From: an uncultured Gammaproteobacteria bacterium
GTDB lineage: Bacteria > Pseudomonadota > Gammaproteobacteria > Pseudomonadales > Pseudohongiellaceae
DNA length: 64,000 bases
Direction: 5' to 3'
Assembly (NCBI GenBank): GCA_913060695.1
Contig: CAJXUA010000004.1
Location: 84,612 to 148,611, forward strand
Shown: positions 27,343 to 37,551 of the stretch, one piece after another
Numbering within the stretch: position 1 is the stretch's first letter
How the letters are laid out: the number at the start of each line of letters is the position of its first letter
Translations under genes and position numbers: made by a program
Notes under the pieces: model-generated
Database searches by the model: none
What the model was told of the DNA's origin: nothing
Seen by the model: only the letters and a program-made list of their open reading frames with translations

Positions 27343-27415
27343 GTATGGTCAAGTTGAATAAAAACAATGACTTATATTTTTATTTCAAAAATATGACAAC
27401 TTGGAACTGGTACTG

Positions 27416-27462
27416 TGTTACTTAAAATCTCTAATGCCGTGGGTAGATGGGTATCGGTAACA
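27416..27462. promoter_or_regulatory. Candidate CbrB upstream activating sequence (TGTTAC-N35-GTAACA)
   Basis: Perfect hexamer half-sites identical to those I recall for Pseudomonas CbrB are centred about 120 nt upstream of the predicted start. The spacer is longer than the recalled N12-N14. An A/T-rich segment (27351-27405) lies between it and the promoter. Confidence 0.45.
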
Positions 27463-27485
27463 CTTTAGGCTTTGATGAATTTGTC

Positions 27486-27501
27486 TGTGATTACTATCAC
27501 A
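27486..27501. promoter_or_regulatory. Perfect palindrome TGTGAT-TACT-ATCACA (unknown factor site)
   Basis: Read directly. It lies between the cbrB stop and the candidate UAS. Confidence 0.3.
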
Positions 27502-27571
27502 AATAATGTTGATTTCGGCCTATATAGCCGCGGGCCAAAACCGAAGGCTATAAAAGCGGCTTGCTAAGTAA

Positions 27572-28969
27572 CTAGGCTTGTTTTTTCTTGCGCGGCAGTC
27601 CGAAGCGTTGACGACGCTCCCATAGGCATTTGCGGCTGATGCCCAGCTTGCGAGCAAGTTGAGTCTCATTCATTTGGTCTTGATGCTCCAGCACGAAGTG
27701 CTGGAAGTAGTCCTCTAGGGATAGTTCTTCGACTGAGTCGTCTTGAGGAGGGGTATGGTGCAGAGCTGTACGTTCATTCAGGGGGCGTAGCTGGGCTTTG
27801 AGGCTGGTATCGATAGCCAGTAGCTCTTCACCGATAATCTCGGACTCAGCCAGTACCACAGCGCGCTCTATGGCGTTTTCGAGTTCGCGCACATTGCCTG
27901 GCCATGGATAGGAAGCGATCGCTTGAGTCGCCTCTGAGCTGAATTTGAGCATCGGCGATTTGAGGCGTTTGCAGGTGCGGTCGAGAATGGCATCGGCGAG
28001 TTCGAGGATGTCATTGCCACGCTCTTTGAGCGGAGGAATGATTAGCGTCATCACGTTGATGCGGTAATACAAGTCTTCGCGGAAGTCGCCGTCGATTACT
28101 AGTTGCTTGAGATCACGGTGTGTTGCAACGACCAGGCGTACATCTACTTTTTTGGATTGCACGGAGCCGACTTTGCGAATTTCGTTTTCCTGCAGCACTC
28201 GCAATAGGCGGGCTTGAGCCTCTAGAGGCAATTCGCCTATCTCGTCTAAGAACAGTGTGCTGCCACTGGCGGCCTCGACTAGTCCTGTGCGGTTCGCGGT
28301 AGCGCCGGTAAAGGCACCTTTCTCGTGGCCGAAGAGTTCGGACTCGATGAGATTCTCTGGAATCGCAGCGCAATTGACCGAGATCATCTCTGACTCGTTA
28401 CGATCGCTTAGTTTATGTATTGCGCGCGCTACAAGCTCTTTGCCCGTTCCGGACTCGCCATTGATAAGCACTGTAGAGTTTGTCATCGCCACTTTGCGGA
28501 TGCGCCGGAACAGTTCCATCATCTGTGGACAGCTGCCGATCATGCCATACACGGGAGGCTCGGGCGGTGGCAGGGGTTTTTCTTGTGCTGCCTTGCGGCT
28601 GGCGCTTTCCTGCACTATACGACCAACCGTCTCTATCATCTCCTCGTGCTCGAAGGGCTTAGAGATATAGTCCACGGCTCCCATCTTCATCGAATCGATG
28701 GCGGAGCGCAGGCTAGAGTAGCTGGTCATGATAAGCACTGGTGTTTTGGTGGCCTTAATGAGGTCGGTGCCGGGTGCGCCGGGCAGGCGCAGGTCGCTCA
28801 CAACGATGTCGAAATCGTCCATATTGTGCTGCTCGATAGCCTCTCTAACACTCCCGGCTTCTTCGACGGAATAGTTGTGGCGTTCCAGCAGGCGTCGTAG
28901 CGCAGTGCGTATGACTTGCTCATCTTCAACTACTAATACTTTGTTCTGCACTGTCATCATGTTACTCAA
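27572..28969 (-). CDS. cbrB: Sigma-54-dependent response regulator, CbrB-like (NtrC family)
   Basis: It has a REC domain (DIVVSDLRLPG), an AAA+ domain (GESGTGKE, ESELFGHEKGAFTGA) and a C-terminal Fis HTH. It lies downstream of the SSS-fused kinase. Confidence 0.8.
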   Translation of the reverse strand: MSNMMTVQNKVLVVEDEQVIRTALRRLLERHNYSVEEAGSVREAIEQHNMDDFDIVVSDLRLPGAPGTDLIKATKTPVLIMTSYSSLRSAIDSMKMGAVDYISKPFEHEEMIETVGRIVQESASRKAAQEKPLPPPEPPVYGMIGSCPQMMELFRRIRKVAMTNSTVLINGESGTGKELVARAIHKLSDRNESEMISVNCAAIPENLIESELFGHEKGAFTGATANRTGLVEAASGSTLFLDEIGELPLEAQARLLRVLQENEIRKVGSVQSKKVDVRLVVATHRDLKQLVIDGDFREDLYYRINVMTLIIPPLKERGNDILELADAILDRTCKRLKSPMLKFSSEATQAIASYPWPGNVRELENAIERAVVLAESEIIGEELLAIDTSLKAQLRPLNERTALHHTPPQDDSVEELSLEDYFQHFVLEHQDQMNETQLARKLGISRKCLWERRQRFGLPRKKKQA

Positions 28970-29006
28970 GCAGATTGATAACTAATTCAACAGGTTGCGG
29001 CATCGA

Positions 29007-31952
29007 CTAGATCGCCTTAGTGAGTGATGCGTCCTTGATATTCGGTCCATCATAGCAGGGAAAAGTAAGAATTACTCGTGTGCCCGGATTCTCTTTCCTG
29101 TTAGATGCGCTGATTATATCAATATGTCCATCTAGGTTTTCAACTATGCTGTAGACCAATGAAAGACCAAGCCCCGTGCCTTCTCCAGGCTCTTTGGTGG
29201 TAAAGAACGGGTCGAATATTTGGTCTCGAATTTCCTCAGGAATGCCACTGCCCTCATCGGTTACCGAAATCTGTACGGAGCCGGATACGAGCTTGGAGGA
29301 TAGGGTGATCTTGCTATCTACGGGGCTGGCATCGTGGGCGTTATTGAGTAAGTTGACTAAGACTTGTAATAGGCGTTGTGAGTCTCCTAGTACCTGTAGT
29401 CCCGCCTTGCAGTTCACCACGTACTTAATTTCTTTGCGTTTCTTGTCTAGTGAGATCAGCGCGATCGCCTCGTTGACGCACTCTTCTACAGTCACGATCT
29501 CGCTATTATGATCCGATTTATTGCTGCCGCTGTGTGCGAAATTGACTAGCGACTGCACGATGCGGGAAGTGCGGTCTGTCTGCTCGATGATCTGGCGCGC
29601 CATTTCGCGTAGCTCATCGTTATTGGTCTCATCGCGAATATTCTGTGCCAGGCAGGCGATGCCGGTGATTGGGTTGCCGATCTCGTGGGCGACTCCAGCG
29701 GCCAAGCGCCCAATAGAGGCGAGGCGTTCGCTGTGGGTAAGTTCTTCCTCGAGTAGCTCCGTCTCGGTGAGGTCTTCTAGGAGGATGACCACGCCGTCCT
29801 GCTTGATCTTATGGGCCGCAGACTTCTCGATGATGGCTTTGTGTAGGCTGATAAAGCGGCGCTTACTTTTAATCTGCACCACGCGTTTATGGGCATGGGC
29901 GGTTTCGCCAACCGTGAAATCGTGGATAAGTGTCGCCCAGGGTTCCGCGATCTCACTCAGCTGAGAGCCAAGCACCTCCTGGCTGGGGATGCCGGTGAGT
30001 TGAGACATCGCGTGGTTCCACATCACGATCTGATTCTGTTCACCTAGTGAGCACACGCCTAAAGGCAGCTCTAGCAACACCTGCCGATGATAACGGCGCA
30101 GATTGTCTAGGTCCTCGGCCATACCGGACAGGTTGCTACGATAGGCCTCGATGCGGCTCTCGATGACATCGACGTCCGTGGACCCATGTTCAGACTCGAT
30201 AGTGAACGGAAGGAAGCGATCGATGAGATCGTGGGCGATAGACGGCCCTAATAGGCCGGAAAGATTCGCCTCTAGGCGCCCACGTAATAGACGCATATTG
30301 TGGGGGCGTTTTTCTTGTCGATTGATATGGAGATCTCGTAATGCCTGCAACACTTCCCGCGTCGCGGTGCGTTCGCCCAATGGCTTAGTGAGCTTGGCGA
30401 TGAAGTCATCGGGAGTCTTGGCGACTAGCCCAGTACGATTGCGACGACGGATCGTATCGATCGCGCAGACATCCGCGGAGGCACGTTCTTCGGCAGAGGT
30501 GCGTGTCCAAAAAGATATCGCGACGAATAGAATGATATTGCACACCAGCGACATCGCGACGATCTCGCGAGTATTGATCGATTCGAAGGCGAGAAAATTG
30601 AAGCCCGTTAGAACTGGCAACATCAAGAATAGGAACCAGATGGTGACACCGGCCAGAAGACCCACGATGAAGCCTTTCTTGTTTCCTCGGGGCCAATACA
30701 GCAAGGCGATGATGCTGGGCAGAAATTGCAGGCTCGCGATATAAGAGACATTGCCAATCGCCCTAACGCTGAGCTTGTCATCGGGGATGTAGTAGAAGAG
30801 AAAGCCGATCCAGATTAGCGCGGTAATTAGGGCGCGTCGGCGCCACAGTAGCCAGCGGTAGATGTCGTTGCGTGCGGTAGGTTGGTAGAGCGGCAGGATT
30901 AGGTGGTTCAGGCACATATTCGATAGCGCCAGAGTGATCACAATGATCAAGCCGCTGGCTGCAGAGAGTCCGCCAAGAAAGCCCACTGCGGTCATAAAAC
31001 CAGAGCCGTAGTCCGCACCTAGGCTGACAGGGTAAAACTCCAGTGGCGCAGTTGAGCCGATCTTCAGGCCCGCCCAGAGGATCGGGAATACTGGCAGACT
31101 AAGCAGTAGGAAGTACAAGGGCAGTGCCCAACTGGCGAGGGTCAATGCCTTGGGGTCTTTGTTTTCGTTGAAGATCATATAGAACATGTGCGGGCTAGCG
31201 ACAGCCGCTGTGAAGAACAAGATCGCAGTGATGTGGAAGGATCCTGGTGCGTCTGGCTCTTTGATGCCGGCAAGGAGTTCGGGTTGGGTCTGCAGCCACA
31301 GATCGAGTTCGGCGAAGCCGCCGAATCCTTGATAAACAGCGAAGAGACCAAGGCCTAGCATCGCGACTAGTTTGACGAGGGATTCGAAGGCGATAGCCAT
31401 CACCAGTCCTTCGTGTTTCTCGCGCCCCGCGCCTCGGCCGGTACCGAAGAAGATGGCGAACACCGTGATCATCACGCAGAAGGACGCAGCCAAGGTGGTC
31501 TGTGAGACCTCGGGGGCCATGATGGCCACGCTATTTGAGACAGCTTGAATCTGCAGTGACAGCAGAGGAGTGACCCCCAGCAGCATCACGATTGTAGTCA
31601 GGGTGCCAGCCACTGGGCTGCGGTAACGAAAGGCCAATAGGTCTGCCAGTGAGCTAAGCTGGTAGCTGCGGGTGATGTCGAGAATTGGGCGCAGCATAAG
31701 GGGCGAGAATAGGAAGGCTAGGGAGATGCCGATGAACGGTGCGAGATAACCGTATCCATCTCTGAAGGCGTTGGCCGTGGCTGAGAAATAGGACCAAACG
31801 CTCGCGAAAACGCCAAGTGCTAACACATACACTATAGGGTGGCGGGTGACTTTCTGCGGTATCCAGCCTTTGTCGGTCGCAAGAGCGACACCGAATAAGA
31901 CCCCGATATAAATCATACCCAGGACTATCAAATTACTCAGGTCAAAGATCAT
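29007..31952 (-). CDS. cbrA: Hybrid sensor histidine kinase with N-terminal sodium:solute-symporter (SLC5) domain, CbrA-like
   Basis: About 13 TM helices form an SSS-like N-terminal half. This is followed by a PAS-like segment, the H-box [12 protein letters not shown] and the ATPase G-box GTGLGLS. The protein is 981 aa. Confidence 0.85.
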   Translation of the reverse strand: MIFDLSNLIVLGMIYIGVLFGVALATDKGWIPQKVTRHPIVYVLALGVFASVWSYFSATANAFRDGYGYLAPFIGISLAFLFSPLMLRPILDITRSYQLSSLADLLAFRYRSPVAGTLTTIVMLLGVTPLLSLQIQAVSNSVAIMAPEVSQTTLAASFCVMITVFAIFFGTGRGAGREKHEGLVMAIAFESLVKLVAMLGLGLFAVYQGFGGFAELDLWLQTQPELLAGIKEPDAPGSFHITAILFFTAAVASPHMFYMIFNENKDPKALTLASWALPLYFLLLSLPVFPILWAGLKIGSTAPLEFYPVSLGADYGSGFMTAVGFLGGLSAASGLIIVITLALSNMCLNHLILPLYQPTARNDIYRWLLWRRRALITALIWIGFLFYYIPDDKLSVRAIGNVSYIASLQFLPSIIALLYWPRGNKKGFIVGLLAGVTIWFLFLMLPVLTGFNFLAFESINTREIVAMSLVCNIILFVAISFWTRTSAEERASADVCAIDTIRRRNRTGLVAKTPDDFIAKLTKPLGERTATREVLQALRDLHINRQEKRPHNMRLLRGRLEANLSGLLGPSIAHDLIDRFLPFTIESEHGSTDVDVIESRIEAYRSNLSGMAEDLDNLRRYHRQVLLELPLGVCSLGEQNQIVMWNHAMSQLTGIPSQEVLGSQLSEIAEPWATLIHDFTVGETAHAHKRVVQIKSKRRFISLHKAIIEKSAAHKIKQDGVVILLEDLTETELLEEELTHSERLASIGRLAAGVAHEIGNPITGIACLAQNIRDETNNDELREMARQIIEQTDRTSRIVQSLVNFAHSGSNKSDHNSEIVTVEECVNEAIALISLDKKRKEIKYVVNCKAGLQVLGDSQRLLQVLVNLLNNAHDASPVDSKITLSSKLVSGSVQISVTDEGSGIPEEIRDQIFDPFFTTKEPGEGTGLGLSLVYSIVENLDGHIDIISASNRKENPGTRVILTFPCYDGPNIKDASLTKAI

Positions 31953-32118
31953 CTGAGTTTTGTTCCCGATGGCAGAAGGCGGCGACCCCGATTATGGCGA
32001 GACCGAGGACAAAGGGGCGATACCATGCGCCCGTTGGTAGCGATATCCAATCGACACTAGAGACGAACAGCAAATAGCTGCACATCAGCAGAAGAAGTGT
32101 TGAGCGAGTAAGGTACAC
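31942..32118 (-). CDS. Small two-TM ORF overlapping the cbrA start (cbrX-like), not in the ORF track
   Basis: I translated it by hand as [64 protein letters not shown] (58 aa). AGGA lies 6 nt upstream. Its stop overlaps the cbrA ATG region by 11 nt. Confidence 0.5.
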   Translation of the reverse strand: MYLTRSTLLLLMCSYLLFVSSVDWISLPTGAWYRPFVLGLAIIGVAAFCHREQNSDDL

Positions 32119-32146
32119 GTTAATTCCTATTTTCGGGCCGGTGGCC

Positions 32147-33037
32147 CTAGTCGATAGATTCGAGCCGGATATTAGCTAACTTAGGCACTGCCTGTATATC
32201 CCAGTGCGCGATCGCCCATTGCAGCACGCTAGCGATGTCGCCCTCAGCCAGCTCTTCGCTCAATGGTTGACCTAGGAACTTTAAGGCGCGTAGTAGGGCG
32301 GGCAGAGGAGTCTTGTGATCGAGTGGGGCTGCGAAATGCTGTTTGCTGAGTTTCTGATTGTCCTCGTTCACGGCGACTGGGAAGTGCGCAAATTGAGGCG
32401 TCTCGAAGCCTAAACATTGTTGCAAATAAATCTGTCTCGGCGTGGAGTCGAGAAGGTCTGAGCCGCGCACAATGCAAGAGATGTTCTGGAAGGCATCGTC
32501 CACCACAACGGCGAGTTGATAAGCGAATAGGCCATCTTTACGCAGCAGCACGAAGTCGCCACATTCGCGCAGGAGTTGTTGCTGCGTGGCGCCCTGAATC
32601 TCATCTTTAAAATGTATCGTTCGATCCGCAACTTTTACTCGTAGGGCACAATCCTGCGGCACGTCCTTGCGGTCTCGGCAGCGATTATCGTAAACGCCCC
32701 CTAGTCCTTGAATCTGTTGGCGAGTGCAATCACAGGCGTAGATCAAGCCTTCCTGCTGGAGCCTTTGCAAGGCGTCACGGTAGGCTGGCAGACGAGAGCT
32801 CTGGTACAGAACCGGACCATCCCAGTGCAATCCGAATGCCTCTAGCGCCTCGAGTATTTGTCCTGCGGCCTGCGGTGGCTCGCGACTAGGGTCGAGGTCT
32901 TCCATGCGCAATAACCATTGCCCATGGTGAGCGCGCGCATCTAGGTAGCTCGCGAGAGCGGCGATGAGGGAACCGAAGTGAAGAGGGCCGCTGGGAGAGG
33001 GGGCAAAGCGACCGATGTAGTCTGCTTTGGATTTCAT
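32147..33037 (-). CDS. gluQ: tRNA glutamyl-Q(34) synthetase
   Basis: It is a truncated GluRS-like catalytic domain with GRFAPSPSGPLHFGS (HIGH-type) and a KLSKQ (KMSKS-type) motif. It is 296 aa and lies downstream of dksA. Confidence 0.9.
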   Translation of the reverse strand: MKSKADYIGRFAPSPSGPLHFGSLIAALASYLDARAHHGQWLLRMEDLDPSREPPQAAGQILEALEAFGLHWDGPVLYQSSRLPAYRDALQRLQQEGLIYACDCTRQQIQGLGGVYDNRCRDRKDVPQDCALRVKVADRTIHFKDEIQGATQQQLLRECGDFVLLRKDGLFAYQLAVVVDDAFQNISCIVRGSDLLDSTPRQIYLQQCLGFETPQFAHFPVAVNEDNQKLSKQHFAAPLDHKTPLPALLRALKFLGQPLSEELAEGDIASVLQWAIAHWDIQAVPKLANIRLESID

Positions 33038-33068
33038 TGGATAAATTACAACATCAGCAGGGCAGTGG

Positions 33069-33095
33069 CCTTATGCGCGAGATCGCGCAATAAGG
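33069..33095 (-). terminator. Intergenic hairpin between dksA and gluQ (possible leaky terminator/attenuator)
   Basis: CCTTATGCGCGA-GA-TCGCGCAATAAGG forms a 12-bp stem with one bulge. No U-tract follows it. Confidence 0.35.
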
Positions 33096-33119
33096 CAATA
33101 GCAGAACAGTGGAGCGCGC

Positions 33120-33563
33120 TTAGGCGCCCCATTGTTTCTCTTTAATCTCGTCTAGAGTTTTGCAATCGATGCACTTGTTCGCGGTTGGACGCGCTTCAAG
33201 ACGACGAATACCAATCTCAATGCCACAAGACTCGCAGAAACCATAATCATCTTGCGCGATCTTCTCGAGAGTAGAGTCGATTTTCTTGATAAGTTTGCGT
33301 TCGCGGTCGCGTGTACGCAGCTCAAGCGAGAACTCTTCTTCCTGAGTGGCGCGGTCGGCCGGATCGGGATAGTTAGCGGCTTCGTCTTGCATGTGGTGAA
33401 CGGTTCTATCGACCTCTTCCATAAGCTGGTTGCGCCAGCTGTATAGAATCGATTTAAAGTGTTCCTTCTGAGTATCGTTCATATACTCTTCCCCTTTCTT
33501 CTCTACATAGGGGGTAAAGTTTTTCAGAACAGGTGCAGAAGCCGGGGCTTGATTATTAGACAT
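33120..33563 (-). CDS. dksA: RNA polymerase-binding transcription factor DksA
   Basis: It has a coiled-coil region and the C4 zinc finger CESCGIEI...CIDCK. It is 147 aa. Confidence 0.95.
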   Translation of the reverse strand: MSNNQAPASAPVLKNFTPYVEKKGEEYMNDTQKEHFKSILYSWRNQLMEEVDRTVHHMQDEAANYPDPADRATQEEEFSLELRTRDRERKLIKKIDSTLEKIAQDDYGFCESCGIEIGIRRLEARPTANKCIDCKTLDEIKEKQWGA

Positions 33564-33993
33564 GGTTCGCTATGCCTCATTGCCCTTTTAGGGCTTGTCC
33601 AAAGTGATCACTCGCAATCATAAACTTCGTGATGCCAGCACAGTGTTCGTATTCTCTAAGATTCTTGCTGATTTTCGCTGCCTAGGTATGGCTTCGATAT
33701 AGGAAGATTGATGGCAAGCGTATTTCAGCTTTGTAAAGCTTCGAAAAAAGCAGATTGCGCACTTCGAAGCTTGGGCCGAATCTTAGAAAGCCCGGTAAAC
33801 TAACAGAATATTGTCTGCCGCGCTATAAGAAAGTATTAAGTCTCAAATGCGCGTGTCGGCGAGCGTGTGTTCGGCTACACCTACTATAGACTAGGCCTAT
33901 ATAATGTCACCATTGTGAATCTCAAACTTATTGTTTCGCGGAGCTCTATTGTCCTTCCAGACCCCCAAGGCGCGCTTCCAAGTGGCAGCGCGT

Positions 33994-35148
33994 ATGCAGC
34001 AGATCAACCCCTTTCGTGTCATGACCGTTTTGGAGCGCGCTAAAGCCCTAGAGGCACAGGGTCGCTCGATCGTGCATCTCGAGGTTGGAGAGCCGGATTT
34101 TGTTACTGCGGCCCCTATTCTCGAGGCCGGGCGCGAAGCCTTGGCGAATGGACATACCGCGTACACCCCCGCGGCAGGATTGCCCCAATTGCGGGCGCGT
34201 ATTGCGCAGCATTATCTGGAAACACAGGGAATTCAGATTGCTCCCGAGCGAATTTTTGTTACCCCGGGGGCCAGTGGTGCGCTTAGTCTGGTGGCACAAC
34301 TCTTGGTTAATCCCGGCGATGGCGTCCTGATGTCAGACCCAGGCTACCCCTGCAATCGTAATTATGTGCGCCTAGCCGGAGGCGAGGCGCAGTTGGTGCC
34401 GGTCACGGCAGCGAGCCAGTTTCAAATTACTCCGGCGTTGCTGGAGCAATACGCGACCAAGGCCAGCAGGGGGGTCTGGCTTGCAACGCCGAGCAATCCC
34501 ACTGGCACTGTACTGACACAAGAGCAGTTGGGCGCTATCACGCAGTACTGCGATCGACATGATCTGCACGTCTTGGTGGATGAGATCTATCACGGTCTCG
34601 ACTATAGCAATGGGCTAGTAAGCGCGCTTGCAGTGTCTGATGATGCCATCGTTATCAATAGTTTCTCTAAGTACTTTGGTATGACTGGTTGGCGACTCGG
34701 TTGGCTGGTAGTACCCGAGGAGCTGGTGCCTGCCTGCAATATCCTCGCGCAGAACCTGTTTATTGCCGCGTCTACTCCTGCGCAATACGCCGCATTACGG
34801 GCGTTCGATGCGGACACGCGCGTGATACTAGAAGAGCGTCGACAACAATTCGCACTACGCCGCGATTACCTAAGTGCTGCACTTAAGGAGCTCGGCTTTA
34901 GCATCGATACCCCAACGCTAGGTGCCTTCTATATTTATGCGGGCATCGAGAAGTTCTCTGATGATTGCGAGGTTTTCTGCAAACTGTTGTTGGAAGAGTT
35001 TGGCGTGGCCGTGACACCTGGAACGGATTTCGGCGACTATGAGAACAAGCGTTTCGTTCGCTTTGCGTTTACCACGGGCATGGAGCAACTCGAGCTGGCC
35101 GTAGACCGGCTGAAGATCGCAGTGGCCTCAGGGAAACTCTGCCGATGA
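33994..35148 (+). CDS. Class I/II pyridoxal-phosphate-dependent aminotransferase
   Basis: It has the PLP-lysine motif [16 protein letters not shown]. It is 384 aa from the internal ATG ([10 protein letters not shown]). Confidence 0.85.
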   Translation: MQQINPFRVMTVLERAKALEAQGRSIVHLEVGEPDFVTAAPILEAGREALANGHTAYTPAAGLPQLRARIAQHYLETQGIQIAPERIFVTPGASGALSLVAQLLVNPGDGVLMSDPGYPCNRNYVRLAGGEAQLVPVTAASQFQITPALLEQYATKASRGVWLATPSNPTGTVLTQEQLGAITQYCDRHDLHVLVDEIYHGLDYSNGLVSALAVSDDAIVINSFSKYFGMTGWRLGWLVVPEELVPACNILAQNLFIAASTPAQYAALRAFDADTRVILEERRQQFALRRDYLSAALKELGFSIDTPTLGAFYIYAGIEKFSDDCEVFCKLLLEEFGVAVTPGTDFGDYENKRFVRFAFTTGMEQLELAVDRLKIAVASGKLCR

Positions 35149-35861
35149 AGTTTGCCCCGCCGCTCCAAACTGCAATGTTAATTAAGCGTTATAAACGCTT
35201 CCTCGCCGATGTGACTTTAGCCGATGGTTCCACGCGCACGCTGCACTGCCCCAACACCGGTTCTATGTTGCACTGTGCTGTACCCGGCAGCCGCGTATGG
35301 TTCTCGGATTCTGGGAATCCGGCGCGCAAGTATCCCTGCACGTGGGAGTTGGTGGAAGTCGATGAGAAATACAGGGTGGGCATCAATACCGGGCGAGCGA
35401 ATGCTCTGGTAAAGGAGGCCATCGCGCTCGACTCCATCGTGGAGCTGCGTGGCTATGCAAATTGTCGTAGTGAGGTGCCTTATGGCAGTGAGAAGAGCCG
35501 CATCGATTTCCTGCTTACCGACAATCCCGATGCGCCGGGCATCGATTGCTATGTCGAGGTGAAGAGCGTAACCCTTGGGCTAGGTAAGGGGCAGGGTGCC
35601 TTCCCCGATGCAGTGACCACAAGGGGGCTAAAACATCTGCGCGAATTGATGGAGATGAAGGCCGCGGGTCAACGCGCCGTGTTGTTGTTTTGCGTACAAC
35701 ATGAAGGGATACGCGATGTGCGACCGGCCGATGAAATTGACGCGGCCTATGGTGCGTTGCTGCGCGTGGCCCATAGCGAAGGTGTAGAGGTGATCGCCTA
35801 CAGTGCGCAGATAAGTGATCAGGAGATTCGCCTAGTGGAGCAGTTACCTGTAAACCTCTAG
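35145..35861 (+). CDS. sfsA: Sugar fermentation stimulation protein SfsA
   Basis: The N-terminus [12 protein letters not shown] and the length (238 aa) are typical. There is a 4-nt overlap with the upstream gene. Confidence 0.9.
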   Translation: MKFAPPLQTAMLIKRYKRFLADVTLADGSTRTLHCPNTGSMLHCAVPGSRVWFSDSGNPARKYPCTWELVEVDEKYRVGINTGRANALVKEAIALDSIVELRGYANCRSEVPYGSEKSRIDFLLTDNPDAPGIDCYVEVKSVTLGLGKGQGAFPDAVTTRGLKHLRELMEMKAAGQRAVLLFCVQHEGIRDVRPADEIDAAYGALLRVAHSEGVEVIAYSAQISDQEIRLVEQLPVNL

Positions 35862-36208
35862 ATACGGCCTAGCTTACGCACATCGTCCTCGTCCACCATC
35901 ATGAAGCCGTTGCCCAGCACGAACGGGATCGCCTTGAGGCGTTTGCCTTTGCAGGGACCTAAGATACAGGTGCCATTCTCGATCAGGAACAAAGCCCCAT
36001 GGGTGGAGCACTGAATAAGCGCACCGTCGGCGTCTAGGAATTGGTCTTCCAGCCACTCCAAAGGCGTGCCTAGGTGTGGGCAATAATTGTAATAGAGGAA
36101 AAGTTGATCGTCTTTCTTAACGGCGAACAGATACTTATTCTCGACTTCTAAACCTTTAGAGGTTCCTTCTTCAATATCGTCCACACTGCAAAGCGTAATC
36201 ATGTTCAA
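35858..36208 (-). CDS. Rieske (2Fe-2S) domain protein
   Basis: It has the CPHLG...CSTHGALF (CxH-x17-CxxH) motif and is 116 aa. Confidence 0.8.
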   Translation of the reverse strand: MNMITLCSVDDIEEGTSKGLEVENKYLFAVKKDDQLFLYYNYCPHLGTPLEWLEDQFLDADGALIQCSTHGALFLIENGTCILGPCKGKRLKAIPFVLGNGFMMVDEDDVRKLGRI

Positions 36209-36218
36209 GTCTCCTCGC

Positions 36219-37460
36219 CTAGGCCAATGCTTGGCTAAAGTCGGCGATTAGGTCATCGATGTGTTCGATGCCAACGGCGATCCTAATGAGCGAGTCGGGG
36301 ATGCCCATAGAGGCGCGCCGCTGCGGTCCCATCTCATAGAAAATCGTATGGGCTACTGGAATGGCGAGTGTACGAGTATCGCCAAGATTACTCGATGAGA
36401 CGACATATTGGAGGCGATTCAGGAAGTCGAAACAGTCGACCTCGGCATCCAATTCGATACTCATTAGCGCGCCATACTGTTCGAAAAGCGTGGTGGCCAA
36501 CGCGTGTTGAGGGTGGCTAGCAAGGCCAGGGTAATTGACCGTGCGCACCCGGGGGTGTTCCTCGCAGAATCGTGCTAGTGCTAACGCGTTGTCACTGGCT
36601 CGCTTTACGCGCAGCGACATTGTCTCCGAGCCTACTGCGAGAGTATGGGCAGCCTCTGGAGACAAGGTGGCGCCGAAGTCGCGCAGTCCCTTTTTCTTGA
36701 TCTGCGTGAGTCCCCATTGGCTTGTAGGCCCGGTTTTATAGTTCTCGTAGAGGTTGGGAAAGCCGCTCCAGTCGAATAATCCAGTTTCGGTCACGGCACC
36801 GCCTAAGGCGTCGCCGTGACCGCCGAAATATTTCGAAAGCGAGTTCACGATGAGCGAGGCACCGACCGATTTCGGAGAAAATAGGCAGGGTGTGGTGATC
36901 GTATTATCGACCACATAGACCAACTGCTTGGCTGCGCAGAGCGCACCGATCTTGGCAAGATCCGCCACCTGAGTAACAGGGTTGGCGATGGTCTCCACGA
37001 ATACCAACTTCGTGTTAGGCGTGATGGCCTTCTCTATATTGCTTACATCGGTGGCGTCTACGAAACTGACATCGATGCCGAGATTGCCAAACGTATTGAA
37101 TAGGCTATTGGTATTGCCGAATAGGTAGGCACTGGAGACTACGTGATCGCCTTGTTTTAAGAGCGAGAACAGAATAGAGCCAATGGCGGCCATTCCTGTG
37201 GCGAAGGCGACGCTAGCAACACCGCCCTCCATCCTCGTAATGCGGTTCTGAAGAGCGTTCACCGTAGGGTTCTGTTGGCGGCCATAATTGTAACCCGCCT
37301 GTTTTCCCTGAAACACTGCGGCAAGCTCGCGCGAGTCGGCATACTCGAATGCAATCGACGTATGGATGGGCTTATGCAAAGCGCCATGCTCGGGTTTGTC
37401 ACTGCGATCCGAGTGAAGGTTCACGGTATCGAAATGGGGAGAAGGCTTGTCGGTGCTCAT
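36219..37460 (-). CDS. Cys/Met-metabolism PLP-dependent enzyme (O-acetyl/O-succinylhomoserine sulfhydrylase-like)
   Basis: It has the PLP-lysine motif NSLSKYFGGHGDALGG. Its 413-aa size and overall pattern fit the trans-sulfuration family. Confidence 0.8.
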   Translation of the reverse strand: MSTDKPSPHFDTVNLHSDRSDKPEHGALHKPIHTSIAFEYADSRELAAVFQGKQAGYNYGRQQNPTVNALQNRITRMEGGVASVAFATGMAAIGSILFSLLKQGDHVVSSAYLFGNTNSLFNTFGNLGIDVSFVDATDVSNIEKAITPNTKLVFVETIANPVTQVADLAKIGALCAAKQLVYVVDNTITTPCLFSPKSVGASLIVNSLSKYFGGHGDALGGAVTETGLFDWSGFPNLYENYKTGPTSQWGLTQIKKKGLRDFGATLSPEAAHTLAVGSETMSLRVKRASDNALALARFCEEHPRVRTVNYPGLASHPQHALATTLFEQYGALMSIELDAEVDCFDFLNRLQYVVSSSNLGDTRTLAIPVAHTIFYEMGPQRRASMGIPDSLIRIAVGIEHIDDLIADFSQALA

Positions 37461-37551
37461 TCTGGCTAAGTCCTAGTGCGCCCAGGCGGGCGTTTGCTGT
37501 TTGGGCGGCAGTATATAAGAGACGGGCTGAGCTGAACACCGCTCGCCTTTC

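Noticed and set aside
27172-27357. A 61-aa plus-strand ORF (MNQYRQLDNKSVLYALTIYFFIVVFRC...) in the cbrB-pcnB gap
   Set aside because: Its hydrophobic, Phe/Val/Ile-rich sequence is what one gets by translating the T-rich complement of the A-rich motif clusters. It has no SD. It runs antisense across the sigma-54 promoter and the candidate sRNA.
33736-33772. Inverted repeat AAGCTTCGAA-N17-TTCGAAGCTT in the dksA/aminotransferase divergent region, as a possible operator
   Set aside because: The repeat itself is real. However, each arm is built from self-complementary restriction-site-like tetramers (AAGCTT, TTCGAA), so the symmetry is partly trivial. I cannot connect it to any regulator, so it is noted only.
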